A stretch of DNA of 64,000 nt, from positions 82,298,924-82,362,923 of the forward strand of contig NC_081355.1 of the NCBI RefSeq assembly GCF_030684315.1, read 5' to 3'. The translations under genes and the position numbers were made by a program. The notes beneath the pieces were generated by a model. It saw only the letters and a list, made by a program, of their open reading frames with translations. It ran no database searches and had not been told where the DNA came from. This DNA comes from Stegostoma tigrinum. Its lineage: Eukaryota. Positions 62,030 through 64,000 of the stretch are shown here, piece after piece. Position 1 is the stretch's first letter, and each line of letters starts with the position of its first letter.

Positions 62030-63320
62030 TGGGCACAGAGATAATAAAGGGCTGAGTACCCTTCTCAGAAGGATGTCATCCACTGTTGATCATGTCCCAG
62101 ACTGCAGGCATGTTTGTGGTTTACACTTCCAGAAATATACAATAAAAAGGTACAACTACGTTCACTGCCTCCATCACATCTATTTAGATGATGTAGTGTG
62201 CCATACTAGTATTTCCAATATGTCTTCAATTTTTCCTCAGTCAACAATTTCAACCCACCCTTGTTGACAAGGCTGTCCATTTTAGTACTCAGTTTCACAT
62301 ATCTGCTCTCACTCCTTCCCCTCACTTCCAGAATCTTGATAAGTTTCCTCTTGCCACGATCTTGTACCCTGCCAGCCTCTGCATTCAGTAGATCACACTC
62401 TACTATTTTTACCAACTCCAATGTGATACCACCACCAAACACATCTCTCCCTGTCTTCCCCTTTCAGCATTCCAATGAAATTGTTCCCTTCATAACACCC
62501 TGCTTCACTTCTCCATCATTCTTTACAGTCCAATTCTATGGCAGATGTAGAAGATGCAACACCCCACCTTTTTCTCTCCTTTATTCTTGGCATCAAATGC
62601 CCCAAACACTGCTTCCAACTGAAACAAAGATTTACTTGCACTTTCCATTCAATACACTGTTCACTCTACACTGGGGAAACCAAATGCAAACTGGGACATA
62701 GCTTTGCAGAACACCTCAGTCAGCAGCCATGACTTGGAGCTTTCTGTCTCTTGTCATTTTAATCTTTCCTCTTGATCCTATTCTGAACTTGTTATCCTAG
62801 TACTGTTATAGTCTTCTAACGAAGCTCAAAGCTCAGCACCTCTCTTTCAACTGGGCATTTTACAAACATTTGAATTCAACAATAGCTTAAGCAATTTTAA
62901 ATCACAATGTCTAATTCCATTTAGTTTCATTTTTTTTCTCTTTCTGAATCAGTTTGTTGCACATCTGAACGGTTACTGTCATGCCATTAACACTTTATTT
63001 TGATACATCTTTTGTCTCTTTACTTGTCTCATTATTACACACTTTGACTTTATACTGTGACGCTGTTGGCTGTTTAATCCATTTGCCCTCTATCCTATCA
63101 AAACACTTGACTTTTGTTTTATTCCCACCCTCTCCTCTCGCATACTCGAAATCTGTTATATTTCCAAATTTTCTTAGTTCCAACGGAAGATCACAGACAC
63201 AAAATCTTAACTTGATTTTTTCTTCTGCACTGTCTAAAAGACCTATTGCAGTGCTTCCCAAACATTTTCCCCACTGTGACCCCATTCCGCGATTTGTAAA
63301 ATCTCAAGACCTGCTGTGAT
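62030..63320 (+). mobile_element. Old PLE relic (RT C-terminus to GIY-YIG) ending in a family-2-like pLTR
   Basis: ORF 62538..62732 KQRFTCT...LYTGETKCKLGHSFAEHL; degenerate gttccaacggaagatcacagacacaaaatcttaact near 63177-63213. Confidence 0.65.
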
Positions 63321-63548
63321 AACTGTATGTGCAGAGAGTATAATACCAGAAAATGAAAATATTTTATGTATTACTATACAAGCCAACAGTTAAACCATAA
63401 TACAGTGGAATACTGTGGACAGTTTAGGCCTCTCACCTAAGAAAAGGTATAATGGCATTGGAGACAATCCAGAAGACATTCTCTCTGATACCAGATATGA
63501 CTTATAACATCAATCAATGCAAATATCAAGGAACACCATAATTTTGCA

Positions 63549-63770
63549 GATAACAAAGTGTGGAGCTAGAGGAACACAGCAGGTCAGGCAGCATCAGTGG
63601 AACAGGAGAGCTGACGTTTCAGGTCGGGACCCTTATTCAGAAATTTCTGAAGAAAGGTCCCGATCCGAAATGTCAGCTTTCCTGTTCCTCTGATGCTGCC
63701 TGGCCTGCTGTGTTCCTCCATCTCCACACTTTGTTATCTCTGACTCCAGCATTTCCAGTTCTTGCTTTCT
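63549..63770. mobile_element. Palindromic PLE mini-element, family 1, with head-to-head hammerhead motifs
   Basis: Apex ttcagaaa|tttctgaa at 63643/63644; tail on the right arm; degenerate TSD caccataattttgca / cacaataactttgta. Confidence 0.88.
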
Positions 63771-63803
63771 CACAATAACTTTGTATACTTTATTCAATTT
63801 CAG

Positions 63804-63872
63804 GGAGAACCTGGGCTCCGTGGTGAGGTTGGTTTACCAGGGCCAGTAGGAAAAGGATTTCCAGGACCAAAG
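63804..63872 (+). CDS. COL28A1: Collagen XXVIII-like exon (GEPGLRGEVGLPGPVGKGFPGPK)
   Basis: ttcaatttcAG / GTaaat; 69 bp, phase 0. Confidence 0.85.
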
Positions 63873-63904
63873 GTAAATGAAAACCTATAATTTTAAAATT
63901 GATT

Positions 63905-64000
63905 TTCTTTTCATTCATTCATGGGTTGTGCATGTCACTGGCCAGACCAATATTTCTTGGCCGTCCCTAATTGCCCTGGAGAAATCATGTGCAGCTGCCA
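63905..64000 (-). mobile_element. L2-type 3' tail (LINE or SINE), runs off the window
   Basis: ttcattcattcatgggttgtg...ccctaattgccc is the reverse complement of the tail of the 6194-6558 SINE. Confidence 0.65.

Noticed and set aside
1527-63770. CRISPR-like array from the recurring cttggcctgctgtgttcatccagc motif
   Set aside because: The copies are dispersed in both orientations with no regular spacers; they are PLE pLTR ends in eukaryotic DNA.

Overview
Eukaryotic genomic DNA, most likely from a cartilaginous fish (shark). This is inferred from HE1/V-SINE-like, Deu-type SINE, CR1, L2 and Neptune-type Penelope repeats. The whole window lies inside one + strand collagen gene with a collagen XXVIII-like pattern: 11 phase-0 Gly-X-Y exons of 69 or 72 bp, each 69-bp exon with one G-X-G imperfection. 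The introns are filled with retroelements. The dominant signal is a Penelope-like element (PLE) system at every scale. (1) Truncated RT/GIY-YIG copies, several with 5' inversions. (2) A 2.95-kb near-perfect fold-back palindrome with a 13-bp TSD, whose apex is a natural micro-hairpin of the RT coding sequence. (3) A swarm of 95-240 bp non-autonomous solo and palindromic mini-elements with 12-15 bp TSDs. Their 5' ends or fold-back points fall at a minimal hammerhead-ribozyme motif (CTGATGA-A-stem-GAAA-CGTC). Most ORFs in the supplied track are repeat-derived or spurious. All calls were made by eye; no searches were run.
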